A DNA stretch of 53,782 bases from Candidatus Bathyarchaeota archaeon (GCA_026967815.1 JAPUUO010000002.1:1-53782); one strand, 5' to 3'; counted from the stretch's first letter, positions 17,546 to 26,971 are shown. Numbers and translations: made by a program. Notes: generated by a model not told the origin, from the sequence alone.

Positions 17546-19993
17546 TTATCCAAATGTCCATTCAAAGTCTTCTTCAGACTTTTGAGCAGAGTGTCCGGTG
17601 CTTTTCCTTCGCATGTCTGCCAGTCTTTCCAACAGAATCTTTTGTTCGAGGCTTGCTACAAGCTGTCGAGTTGAAATAACCGCGTCTGCGTTTACTGATA
17701 TGCTGTCGATGCCGCAGTGAACAAGGAAGTCTGTGAAGTCTGGCAGGTTAGATGGGCCTTCTCCGCAGATAGAAACCGTTACGCCGCGTTGGTGTGCGAC
17801 TTTGATAAGATGTGCGATTATGCGTTTGACCGCTGGGTCACGTTCGTCAAAGTAGCCCATAAGTCCAAGGCGTTCAGAGTCACGGTCTATCATGAGCACG
17901 CCTTGAGTTAGGTCATTTGAGCCTATGGAGAAGCCGTCGCAGAGTTTAGAGAATTCATCGGCTAGAACTGCAATTGCGGGTGTTTCTGCCATAAACCACA
18001 CTTGGAAGTCTCGGTTTCTTTCTAAGTCTTCGTTCTTCATGATTTCTAGGCATCTTTTGGCTTCCCAAACTGTTCGAATAACCGGAAGCATTACCCACAC
18101 GTTTTTGAGACCCCATTCTTCTCGACATTTGCGTATGGCTTTGCATTCCAGCCTAAACGCTTTCTCATACCATTTGCTTATGTAACGACTTGCCCCTCTC
18201 CAACCTAGCATTGGATTGGCTTCAACTATCTCGTATTTTTCTCCGCCTTTCAGTTCCCTATACTCGTTGGTTTTGAAGTCGCTGAACCTGACAACTACGG
18301 GCTTGGGCTGTATAGCCCTCGCAACTGTAGCTATGCCTTCAGCCAGCTGATTTACAAACTTGTCGGCTTGCCCCGTTTCTAATAGGAAAAGTGGATGCTC
18401 GCCTATGTAGCTTGCCAGGATAAATTCGATGCGCATTAGGCCTATCCCATCGAACGGCAGGTGTTTGTAATCTTCGATTTTATCTGGAACTCCAAGGTTA
18501 AGATAGATTTTTGTGGCAGTCACTGGAGCTGAGCTAAGCGCGGCCACTTCGGGAGTTACTGTTGATGAAGTAACTGGTTTTTCCAACATGGGCATGATTC
18601 CCTCATAAATTACACCGCTTCTTGCATCTACAGTGTATTCGTTTCCATTCTTCATAACTTTGGTGGCATTTTCTGCACCTACAACACATGGAATGCCGAG
18701 TTCTCGGCTGACTATGGCTGCGTGGCACGTGACACCACCTTTGTCGGTTACTATGGCTCCCGCCATCCTCATGTAGGGCACGTAGTCCGGGTTGGTCATG
18801 TCAGTCACCAGTATGTCGCCTTTTTCCATGAGCTTTGAAGCATCTTCAGGTGTGAAGACAATTTTGGCTACGCCGGCGCCCATGCCTCGTGTCCCAGCTG
18901 CCATTCCTTTTGCAACAACTTTCATTTCGATTGGGCGTTCTGGCAATGGTGGTGTCTTAGGTGCTTCTGCTGGAAGTTTCTCTTTTAAGCTCCAAACGGT
19001 TTCGGGTCTTGATTGCACAATGTAGATGTTCTCCGGAAAAGGTAGGTTTCGGTCGATTGCCCACTCAATGTCTTGAGGCTTTCCATAATGCGCTTCGATT
19101 TGCTTGGCAATCTCGGCTAGTTTCACAACTTCTTTGTCGGCTAAGCAAGGAATTTTTTGCCTTTTGGTGTCGATTTGAGCATGAATTGTCTTGCCTGTCT
19201 TTGGATCTTGAATGTATTCAACCGTTTTCTTAGCGATTCTTTTTTCAATGATTTGAAGCGTGTTTTTGCTAACAACGTAGTCGTCCGGAGTAACTGCACC
19301 AGAGACCACGGATTCGCCTAGCCCCCAGTTGGCTTCGATTACAATTTGGTTGGATTCCCCGCTGACCGGGTTAATCGTGAATGTTACGCCTGCGACTTTG
19401 GCATTTACCATCTTCTGGACGCCAACGCTTATGAGAACCTCCTCGTGTCTGAAGCCCTTCTCGGTTCGGTAAAAAATGGCGCGAGGTGTGAATAAGCTGG
19501 ACCAGCATTTTACAGTTTTTCGGACAAGTTCGTCGGCCCCTTTCACGTTGAGGTAAGTTTCTTGTTGCCCAGCAAATGACGCATCTGGGAGATCTTCAGC
19601 AGTAGCGCTGGAACGAACAGCCACAAAGATCTCGCTAGCCTTGGTTCGTTTGCTAAGTTCGTTGTAGTTGTCTTGTATGGCTTTTCTAATTCCACTTGGC
19701 ATTGCGGTAGATTCGATTAATTGTCGAACTTTTTTCGAAGCTTCTTCGTATTGTTTAGGGTCGTTGATATCAGTAACAGTCTCTTCAACAATCTTGTAGA
19801 TTTTTTCAGCTATGCCTGTTTCAGTTATGAACTCTCTGTACGCTTCTGCGGTGATGGCGAACCCTGGTGGAACAGGTATCCCGGCGTGTGTCATTTCGCC
19901 TAGGTTGGCGTTTTTCCCGCCAACAAGTGGAATGTCTTCTTTGCCAAGTTCCTCAAACCATAGAATCGGCTTCTGGCGACGGGAAGATGACAA
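17546..19993 (-). CDS. ppsA: Phosphoenolpyruvate synthase
   Basis: VGGKNANLGEM, AVRSSATAEDLPDASFAGQQ, phospho-His GGVTCHAAIVSRE, FSIGSNDLTQ. Confidence 0.97.
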   Translation of the reverse strand: MSSSRRQKPILWFEELGKEDIPLVGGKNANLGEMTHAGIPVPPGFAITAEAYREFITETGIAEKIYKIVEETVTDINDPKQYEEASKKVRQLIESTAMPSGIRKAIQDNYNELSKRTKASEIFVAVRSSATAEDLPDASFAGQQETYLNVKGADELVRKTVKCWSSLFTPRAIFYRTEKGFRHEEVLISVGVQKMVNAKVAGVTFTINPVSGESNQIVIEANWGLGESVVSGAVTPDDYVVSKNTLQIIEKRIAKKTVEYIQDPKTGKTIHAQIDTKRQKIPCLADKEVVKLAEIAKQIEAHYGKPQDIEWAIDRNLPFPENIYIVQSRPETVWSLKEKLPAEAPKTPPLPERPIEMKVVAKGMAAGTRGMGAGVAKIVFTPEDASKLMEKGDILVTDMTNPDYVPYMRMAGAIVTDKGGVTCHAAIVSRELGIPCVVGAENATKVMKNGNEYTVDARSGVIYEGIMPMLEKPVTSSTVTPEVAALSSAPVTATKIYLNLGVPDKIEDYKHLPFDGIGLMRIEFILASYIGEHPLFLLETGQADKFVNQLAEGIATVARAIQPKPVVVRFSDFKTNEYRELKGGEKYEIVEANPMLGWRGASRYISKWYEKAFRLECKAIRKCREEWGLKNVWVMLPVIRTVWEAKRCLEIMKNEDLERNRDFQVWFMAETPAIAVLADEFSKLCDGFSIGSNDLTQGVLMIDRDSERLGLMGYFDERDPAVKRIIAHLIKVAHQRGVTVSICGEGPSNLPDFTDFLVHCGIDSISVNADAVISTRQLVASLEQKILLERLADMRRKSTGHSAQKSEEDFEWTFG

Positions 19994-20021
19994 ATTATTT
20001 TCCCTCTATTAATAATTTTGA

Positions 20022-20519
20022 CTAATCTGGAGTTTTTTGGAGAACAATTCTACATGTGACAGGTAGTTTAGCTCCCCCTCTTTTTAGCGCTTGCTTAGCC
20101 GTTTCTATGTCGTTCTTGTTCACACCAACCTGTATGATTGTCTGGTTGGGCTTTATTCGGGCTGCCGTCCCAATTGGTTTTCCAAAGGCTCTTTTCATTC
20201 CATCTTGCAAACGGTCTGCGTGAGCGCCAAAAATCATTTTGTTCTCCCGAAGAATGGCGTGAGGGTAAGGTAAAATTCGCAAAACGTAGTTTTCTCCAAG
20301 CTTATCTGAGAGAAGCCGGTTTACGGCTATTCTGGCCGCTTCAAAGGCGTTGTGGCGGATCTGAGCTTCTTTTTTGGCGATTAGTAGGGCTTGATATTCG
20401 AATATGGTTTTGGTGTCGCCCATAGTGAACTTCACAATTTTTGAAGGGGGAAAGCCTCCGATGTACTCCTTTCTAGTGTAAGGCATCCCTTTTACAGCCC
20501 GATAGTTTTTCGCTTTCAT
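20022..20519 (-). CDS. rpl10e: 50S ribosomal protein L10e (uL16)
   Basis: PYTRKEYI, RENKM...ADRLQDGMKRAFGKP. Confidence 0.97.
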   Translation of the reverse strand: MKAKNYRAVKGMPYTRKEYIGGFPPSKIVKFTMGDTKTIFEYQALLIAKKEAQIRHNAFEAARIAVNRLLSDKLGENYVLRILPYPHAILRENKMIFGAHADRLQDGMKRAFGKPIGTAARIKPNQTIIQVGVNKNDIETAKQALKRGGAKLPVTCRIVLQKTPD

Positions 20520-20615
20520 TTTTCTCCCTTCACCAGCATACGAAAACGGCTATTTAAAGCCTCTTGTGATACGACTTTATATATCTAAATTATGAATTTC
20601 AAATTTTGAGCGCAG

Positions 20616-21149
20616 TTAAAGTGCAAGTTGTGCCTTCAACTGTTCCTCTTTAAGCCATATCTTCGCCAATTCATCGAAGTTTGGAAAAACTTTCTTTAAG
20701 ATTGGAATGTACATTTTCTTCTCGTCTATCGTCATGTCTTGAAACTGATACCCACCCATATAAGGCGAGGGCGAACCTACCCTAGTTATAAACTCAATAT
20801 GCATGAAAGGGTCACCTCGTTTAATGGTAATGGGTTTTCGATCGTTGCTGAGGTTGACAAGTTCTAGAGCTAGTCTTCCAATGAAGCCACTGTGAACCTT
20901 CGCTGCGTTGAGAAAAGAAAGACCCATTCTTCCATATTTGCTTTTGGCAGTAAGATGTGCCACGTAGTTTATTGGAGTAAAAACTATTTCATACGAGTTG
21001 ATGTTTTGATGCTCCATATATTGTAGCGTGGTTTCCTTTTTTACAGTTAAGACGTATCCGTCGCCGTCTAGAAGGTGATAGTCGTAGGGGTAAATCACCT
21101 TGTAGTTTTCAATCAGCTCAATGAGCTTGTCTTTTCCAAGAATGCACAT
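20616..21149 (-). CDS. Divergent dCTP deaminase / trimeric dUTPase-fold protein
   Basis: KSKYGRMGL, VHSGFIGRLALELVN, YMGGYQFQ resemble dcd motifs. Confidence 0.75.
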   Translation of the reverse strand: MCILGKDKLIELIENYKVIYPYDYHLLDGDGYVLTVKKETTLQYMEHQNINSYEIVFTPINYVAHLTAKSKYGRMGLSFLNAAKVHSGFIGRLALELVNLSNDRKPITIKRGDPFMHIEFITRVGSPSPYMGGYQFQDMTIDEKKMYIPILKKVFPNFDELAKIWLKEEQLKAQLAL

Positions 21150-21268
21150 GCGGTTTTCACCTGACTTTAGCAATACAGAGCACTTGTGCTATATACTTCT
21201 TTTGCAATTCGTCAAGGTCGAAACAGTATGGAAAGTTTAATACATATAAGCTGGTTCAAATCTTCAAC

Positions 21269-22132
21269 ATGGTTACCATCAGGTTGTTAGAATCTAAAGA
21301 CATTAATTTTGCAGCCCAGCTGATAGGGCAAGAAAAATGGGGGCACATGGCCAAGGATGTTAGGCGATGTTGGAATTTTGAGCCTGAAGGTTGTTTCATA
21401 GCAGAACAAGGTGGAGAAAGAGTTGGTCATGTTTTCTCAGTAAACTACGGTATAGTGGGCTGGATTGGCCTACTGATTATACGGCAAAACTACAGAGGGC
21501 AAGGAATTGGTACAGCCTTGATGAGAACAGTGATGGATTATCTTAGAAATCTTGGTGTGGAAACAATCAGACTTGAAGCAGTACCAGAAGCAGTCACACT
21601 CTACCAACGTTTGGGTTTCAGAAGTGAATTTGATTCACTGCGGTTTTGCAGGGAGTGGAAACACGGAAGAACATGTTTAGAAGGCAAGGTTGAAGAGATT
21701 CACCAGATTAAAGACGATGAACTTGAGAATTTGGGAAAGTTCGACGCTAAATGCTTTGGAGCCAATCGTTTAAAGGTTTTGCAGAGTCTTTACAGAGACT
21801 TTCCTCAGCATTGCTTAGTTGCGAGAAGTGATGATATAATGGGGTACATTATGTGCAGAGAAACAAGCTCTGGCTTTTGGCTGGGTCCGTGGGTATGTGA
21901 AGAAGAGCATCCAGAAGTGGCGCGAGAACTAATCGTTTCTTTTCTTACCGCGTTAAAAGCGAATTCTGGGCTTTGGGTTGGAATTCCAGCCCCTAACACG
22001 ATTGGGATTCAATTGCTTGAGGAATTAGACTTCAGTTTAATGTCGAGGAGTATTCGCATGTTTTGGGGCAAACCCGGATATTCAGGAAACGTTAAGGAAA
22101 ACTTTGGAATAGGAGGCCCAGAAAAAGGTTAG
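21269..22132 (+). CDS. Tandem GNAT family N-acetyltransferase
   Basis: YRGQGIGTALM, LYQRLGF acetyl-CoA motifs; second degenerate GNAT domain with LGPW. Confidence 0.88.
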   Translation: MVTIRLLESKDINFAAQLIGQEKWGHMAKDVRRCWNFEPEGCFIAEQGGERVGHVFSVNYGIVGWIGLLIIRQNYRGQGIGTALMRTVMDYLRNLGVETIRLEAVPEAVTLYQRLGFRSEFDSLRFCREWKHGRTCLEGKVEEIHQIKDDELENLGKFDAKCFGANRLKVLQSLYRDFPQHCLVARSDDIMGYIMCRETSSGFWLGPWVCEEEHPEVARELIVSFLTALKANSGLWVGIPAPNTIGIQLLEELDFSLMSRSIRMFWGKPGYSGNVKENFGIGGPEKG

Positions 22133-22313
22133 AAATAGTAGCGCGGCTCATAGAAGAGAAAAAGCGACTTCAAAGAAACCTGAAACCTATTACACAAGTT
22201 GTGGGTGCAACCTTTTTCTTGGTAAATGTTTATGCTGTATGCAGGAAATAGTAAATTTATAAGAGAGAAAATATTATTGTGAAGAAACAGCACGGAAATG
22301 AGGAGGAAGCAAT

Positions 22314-22517
22314 TTGGTTGAAGTAAAGGTTGACCATTCAAAGTGTAATGGAGACTCCATATGCGTAGACGTTTGTCCAGTTGCCGTCTTTGAACTACAA
22401 GAAGTTGCAGAGTATCCTGGCGAAAAGAAGTCGGTTGTAGTTGACAACGATGCGTGTATTGAGTGCAGAGCATGCGAGGTTCAATGTCCCACTCAGGCTA
22501 TAACCGTTACAGAATAG
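22314..22517 (+). CDS. Dicluster ferredoxin
   Basis: CNGDSICVDVCP and CIECRACEVQCP; TTG start after GAGGAGG. Confidence 0.93.
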   Translation: MVEVKVDHSKCNGDSICVDVCPVAVFELQEVAEYPGEKKSVVVDNDACIECRACEVQCPTQAITVTE

Positions 22518-22540
22518 GTTGTAGCTGAAGAGGAGGAAAA

Positions 22541-22783
22541 TTGCCCTCAGACGCTAAACCCAACCGTACTCTTGACTGCTTAGGGCTCTACTGTCCAGAA
22601 CCGGTCTTCAGAACCCGACTGGAACTAGACAAGATGTCTGTAGGCGAAATCTTAGAAGTGCTTGCCGATGACACAGCAGCCGACGAAGACATAAAAAGCC
22701 TGGTTAAACGGACAGGACATGAGCTCTTGGAATTGAGTAGAAAGGGCGATGTTCTCCGATTCCTAATCAAGAAGGCTAAGTGA
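22541..22783 (+). CDS. tusA: TusA/SirA family sulfur carrier protein
   Basis: LDCLGLYCPEP motif, LEVLADD. Confidence 0.92.
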   Translation: MPSDAKPNRTLDCLGLYCPEPVFRTRLELDKMSVGEILEVLADDTAADEDIKSLVKRTGHELLELSRKGDVLRFLIKKAK

Positions 22784-22797
22784 AAAGGTGACATGGT

Positions 22798-23166
22798 TTG
22801 AGTGATAAGAAGAAGATATTATATGTTCAAACAAGCGGCGTTGATACTCCAGAGCGCACTTATGCTCCTTTTATCTTAGCAACTACAGCCGTAGCTATGG
22901 GAATAGATGCGACGATATACTTTCTGATAAAAGGAATAACCGTAGTCAAACAGGGAGAGGCAGAAAAAATCAGGTTAGGAGATTTTCCCTCGTTGAAAGA
23001 GGTGATGAACCAAGCAGTGAAGGCTGGAGTAAAGCTTGAAGTTTGTGAACAGAGTTGTATGCTCCTCGGATTGGAAAGAGGAGAGTTCGTAAACACCGCT
23101 AAAGTAGTGGGGGCAGCTACGCTTAACGATCGAGTTTTGGATGCAGACGCCGTATTATGCTTTTGA
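22798..23166 (+). CDS. DsrE/DsrF-like family protein
   Basis: APFILATTA, IYFLIKG, VCEQSC, VVGAA; 122 aa. Confidence 0.88.
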   Translation: MSDKKKILYVQTSGVDTPERTYAPFILATTAVAMGIDATIYFLIKGITVVKQGEAEKIRLGDFPSLKEVMNQAVKAGVKLEVCEQSCMLLGLERGEFVNTAKVVGAATLNDRVLDADAVLCF

Positions 23167-23183
23167 AGATGCAAAGGCGGTTT

Positions 23184-24362
23184 ATGATGCGAAGAGTTTA
23201 CATGGACCATACGGCTGGGACGCCGATTGATGAGCGTGTCCTTGAAGTTATGATGCCTTATTTTACTCTAAACTATGGAAATCCCTCTTCTATCCATTCT
23301 TTTGGCAACGAACCACGACAGGCAATCGACGAAGCACGAAGCAAGGTTACGGATCTCATTGGAGCAGAGAAAAAAGAAGAGATTATTTTCACTTCTGGCG
23401 GCACAGAAAGCAATAATTTAGCCATTAAAGGTGTAGCTTACCGAAACAAGGACAAAGGAAAACACATCATCACCAGTTCAATTGAACACATGTCGGTAAT
23501 CAACACATGCAAACATCTCAGCAAGCAGGGGTTCAAAGTTACGTATCTTCCAGTTGACAAGGATGGAATCGTGGACACAGAAGCCTTGAAAAAGGAAATC
23601 ACCGATAAGACAATTCTCGTTTCCATAATGTATGCTAACAGTGAGATCGGCACAATCGAACCTATAAAAGAGATAGGGGAAATCGCCCACGACAAAGAAG
23701 CATTTTTACATGTAGACGCAGTAGCAGCTGCCGGGCAAGTACCGATAAACGTTCAAGATGAAAACATCGACTTGCTATCTCTTTCCTCAAACGACATGTA
23801 TGGCCCAAAAGGGACAGGCGCCCTTTACAGAAAAAGTGGAACAAACATTCTGCCCATGATACATGGCGGCGGACAAGAACGAGGCTTGCGTTCTGGAACT
23901 GAGAATCTGCCTGGAATTGTTGGCATGGGAAAGGCAACGGAAATCGCGAAGACCGAGATGAAAGGGGAAGCCGAAAGGTTGTCAAAACTGAGAGACGCAT
24001 TCATTAAAGGTGTTTTGGATAGAATTCCTGAATCGTATTTGAATGGGCATCCAACTATGCGGCTACCCAACAACGTGAATGTTAGGTTCAGCTATATTGA
24101 AGGGGAATCGCTGATTTTAGGGTTAGACATGGAAGGCGTAGCCTGCTCCTCTGGCTCAGCTTGCACTTCTAAAACATTAGAGCCTTCTCATGCTCTCCTA
24201 GCCATAGGCTTAGCACATGAAGAGGCGCACGGGTCTTTACTCTTCACTTTGGGAAGACAGAATACAAAGGAAGACGTAAAATATGTGCTGGGCTTATTAC
24301 CTAGTGTAGTTAGAAGATTGAGAGCCATTTCACCTTTAACCCCAAAGGATTTGGTGACCTAA
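23184..24362 (+). CDS. iscS: IscS/NifS-family protein with the PLP-binding Lys replaced by Asp
   Basis: FTSGGTESNN, IEH, GGGQERGLRSGTEN, SSGSACTS; SSNDMYGPKG in place of SxHKxYGPKG. Confidence 0.93.
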   Translation: MMRRVYMDHTAGTPIDERVLEVMMPYFTLNYGNPSSIHSFGNEPRQAIDEARSKVTDLIGAEKKEEIIFTSGGTESNNLAIKGVAYRNKDKGKHIITSSIEHMSVINTCKHLSKQGFKVTYLPVDKDGIVDTEALKKEITDKTILVSIMYANSEIGTIEPIKEIGEIAHDKEAFLHVDAVAAAGQVPINVQDENIDLLSLSSNDMYGPKGTGALYRKSGTNILPMIHGGGQERGLRSGTENLPGIVGMGKATEIAKTEMKGEAERLSKLRDAFIKGVLDRIPESYLNGHPTMRLPNNVNVRFSYIEGESLILGLDMEGVACSSGSACTSKTLEPSHALLAIGLAHEEAHGSLLFTLGRQNTKEDVKYVLGLLPSVVRRLRAISPLTPKDLVT

Positions 24363-24363
24363 A

Positions 24364-24741
24364 ATGTACACCGAGAAAGTTATGGAACATTTTAGAAATC
24401 CACGCAACATGGGCGACATGCCAGATGCAGATGGCGTCGGAACAGTGGGCAATCCAGTTTGCGGCGATTTGATGACCATTTTCATCAAAGTGAAAGACAA
24501 CAAAATAGCTGATGTAAAATTCAAGACGTTCGGTTGCGGAGCTGCAATAGCAACAAGCAGCATGATTACGGAGCTGGCAAAAGGCAAAACTCTTGAAGAA
24601 GCGACGAAAATATCGAGAGGTGACGTAGCCGAAAGCCTAGGTGGATTGCCACCAGTAAAAATGCACTGTTCTAACCTTGCGGCAGACGGACTTCGCGCGG
24701 CTATAGAAGACTACCTCAAAAAGAAGGAGGCGAAAAAATGA
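24364..24741 (+). CDS. iscU: Fe-S cluster scaffold IscU/NifU
   Basis: GNPVCGD, FGCGAAIA, LPPVKMHCSNL. Confidence 0.96.
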   Translation: MYTEKVMEHFRNPRNMGDMPDADGVGTVGNPVCGDLMTIFIKVKDNKIADVKFKTFGCGAAIATSSMITELAKGKTLEEATKISRGDVAESLGGLPPVKMHCSNLAADGLRAAIEDYLKKKEAKK

Positions 24742-24896
24742 AAACATTCAAGAAATGTGAGCTGTGCAACCTTGAGCTTGCTGGCGAAAAGTGTGCTTTC
24801 GCAGTCCATAAGAGGGTCATTGGCGGAAAAGAACACTATTTCTGCTGTGAACACCACGCCGATGAATTCGAAAAGAGACACCGAGAACGAGAGTAG
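24738..24896 (+). CDS. Small TRASH/YHS-like metal-binding protein
   Basis: Not in ORF track (52 aa): MKTFKKCELCNLELAGEKCAFAVHKRVIGGKEHYFCCEHHADEFEKRHRERE; ATGA overlap with the iscU stop and GGAGG upstream. Confidence 0.8.
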   Translation: MKTFKKCELCNLELAGEKCAFAVHKRVIGGKEHYFCCEHHADEFEKRHRERE

Positions 24897-24903
24897 AAGG
24901 ATT

Positions 24904-25521
24904 CTATTTTTTTCTTTGCGCCTCAATTAGAACTATTGTTTCAAACATAACCTTTTTCTCAGCGAGAATTCTAGCTTCTAGCCCCTTTTCATCAAGTCGA
25001 TGCAATGTCTCTTCAACATTGGATAAAGAGGATTGCACCAAGAGAATCCGACCGTGATTGTATAAATATAGTGGCACTCCGGCGATGAAGCGATCTACAA
25101 GTCGTCTTCCCATTGGTCCTCCAGCCCACGCCCGTCCTATCCATGTTTCCTCTTCATCTGGGTTAGATGGGAGATATGGAGCGTTGAAGAGAATAAGACT
25201 GAAATGCTCGCTTTGTTTTATTGGTTGGAAAAGGTCGCCTACTAGTAGTTCGATTTTGTCTGCAACTTTGTTGAGCCTTGCATTCATTTTGGCACAGTCA
25301 ACTGCATAAGGGTTCAGGTCGGTGGCTACTACCTGTTTTGCCTTTTTTGCTGCAAGAATTCCGAATATGCCACAGCCCGTGCCAATGTCTAGAACGACAT
25401 CGTTTCCACGTACAGAAAGGTTTTCTGCTAGGAGAAACGTGTCTTCTGCTGGTTCATATACATCTTTCGAAACGTAGAAAGCGTGGTCATTGAAGAATAG
25501 CTTTTTTCTTGAGGATTTCAT
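24904..25521 (-). CDS. HemK2/MTQ2 family protein methyltransferase
   Basis: VYEPAEDTFLL, VLDIGTGCG, FNAPYLP, WAGG. Confidence 0.92.
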   Translation of the reverse strand: MKSSRKKLFFNDHAFYVSKDVYEPAEDTFLLAENLSVRGNDVVLDIGTGCGIFGILAAKKAKQVVATDLNPYAVDCAKMNARLNKVADKIELLVGDLFQPIKQSEHFSLILFNAPYLPSNPDEEETWIGRAWAGGPMGRRLVDRFIAGVPLYLYNHGRILLVQSSLSNVEETLHRLDEKGLEARILAEKKVMFETIVLIEAQRKK

Positions 25522-26320
25522 TAGTTAAAGCTCCGAAGTCTTCAGGTGCTAACTTCCGCGCCCGCTTGTCGTGATACGGCAAGGAATCAATTATTTCTTT
25601 GATTTTCTCTTTTTCGATTCCCAGCTTCACCAGAAAAGGGGTAATGGCGTTGCGCACCTTTTTGTTTCGTTGAGTGAACAGTGTTCTAACAAGCTGGAAA
25701 AAGGCTTGTTCGTCTTTAACGGTAAAGGGCGGCAGCTTAGGTGTCAATCTAACAATGTAAGAATCTATATCAGGTGACGGATAGTACATGTCTTTAGAGA
25801 CATAATCTAGCAGTTCTACGTCTGCTCGATAATAGATCATCACGGTTAATCTCCCGTACTCTTTGCTTCCAACTGATGCCACTAATCTTTCGGCAAATTC
25901 TTTCTGGAAGGTAAGAACAGCGCAATCAAGGTTTTTCTCTAAAAGCCAGAAGAGAATGGGAGATGAAACGTAGAAGGGCGGGTTTGAAACGACCTTGTTA
26001 AAGTGTGGTATCGTCGCTTTGAGAACGTCACCTTTAACCAACTGCACATTTTCTAGGTCTTTGAGTTCTGTTCTCAGAATTGTCGTCAGTCGAGGGTCAA
26101 CTTCAACGGCGATAACCTGCTTGCACTTCTGAGAGAGAAGCCTTGTTAGAAAGCCTAATCCTGGACCTATTTCGAGGACGACATCGTTCATGTTTAGGGA
26201 TGCATGAGAAATCATGAGCCTCAGCAGACTCTCGTCGATCATGAAGTTTTGTCCTAAGCGCTTCTTGGGGAAACACCTGTAGGTACGCAGAAGACCTTTT
26301 GTCTTTTTCAACAGGCTCAT
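25487..26320 (-). CDS. rsmA: 16S rRNA adenine dimethyltransferase KsgA/Dim1
   Basis: KRLGQNFM, VLEIGPGLG, SNPPF, QKEFAERL. Confidence 0.96.
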   Translation of the reverse strand: MSLLKKTKGLLRTYRCFPKKRLGQNFMIDESLLRLMISHASLNMNDVVLEIGPGLGFLTRLLSQKCKQVIAVEVDPRLTTILRTELKDLENVQLVKGDVLKATIPHFNKVVSNPPFYVSSPILFWLLEKNLDCAVLTFQKEFAERLVASVGSKEYGRLTVMIYYRADVELLDYVSKDMYYPSPDIDSYIVRLTPKLPPFTVKDEQAFFQLVRTLFTQRNKKVRNAITPFLVKLGIEKEKIKEIIDSLPYHDKRARKLAPEDFGALTNEILKKKAILQ

Positions 26321-26416
26321 TGTTCCTCAGATTCCATTAAATGATGAGTCTATTCGACGCATATAGTACTTTGAAGATCTTCTTCGTGGAAAAAAGGCCA
26401 AGTGCAGAGAGATTTC

Positions 26417-26971
26417 TCATTGAGCCCGTGTGAACAATCGATATTTGCTATCGCCTGCTAACTCTTCTAAAATCCTCTTGGCAACAAGTTTCGCTGGATT
26501 AGGGATATTGGCTCTTTGCTGCAAATCGTCGAAGTTTTTGAAGGGATTTCTTTCTCTTTCGTTGATTATTTGCCACATGTATTTTTTGCCTATACCTGGA
26601 ATTAACTCTAAAGCATGCATCCTAGGGGTTATTGCTTGAGTTGCATTGAAGAAGTTGACGAACAATCTTTCTCGGTCCCGCACAATTTTTTCGATAACGC
26701 CGGGCAGCTCCATTCGGGCTGCGGAAGTTAGTTCGTCATAACCTATTCGCCCAAGGATGTAGGTGATCTTTACTCGGGATTTTTTTCCGACATACACGCG
26801 TTCATACGGCTTGATGAAGATGCCTTCTTTGACAACAGCCTCTAGAAGAGTGAAAAATTCTTCGCCAATAACTTGAACAAGGGCTCCGGCTCTATACCCT
26901 GGTCTAGCGCTAGGTCTACCGTGTTGCAGGAAATCTAGCACATAGGCGTATTCTTCGTATCTTTTTTCCAT
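26417..26971 (-). CDS. DUF655 family putative RNA-binding protein
   Basis: EEYAYVLDFL, GEEFFTLLE, RMHALELIPGIGKK. Confidence 0.92.
   Translation of the reverse strand: MEKRYEEYAYVLDFLQHGRPSARPGYRAGALVQVIGEEFFTLLEAVVKEGIFIKPYERVYVGKKSRVKITYILGRIGYDELTSAARMELPGVIEKIVRDRERLFVNFFNATQAITPRMHALELIPGIGKKYMWQIINERERNPFKNFDDLQQRANIPNPAKLVAKRILEELAGDSKYRLFTRAQ

Noticed and set aside
26341..26410. ATGATGA as the C box of a C/D sRNA
   Set aside because: No properly spaced CTGA D or D' boxes; the region is explained by a minus-strand T-tract and promoter.
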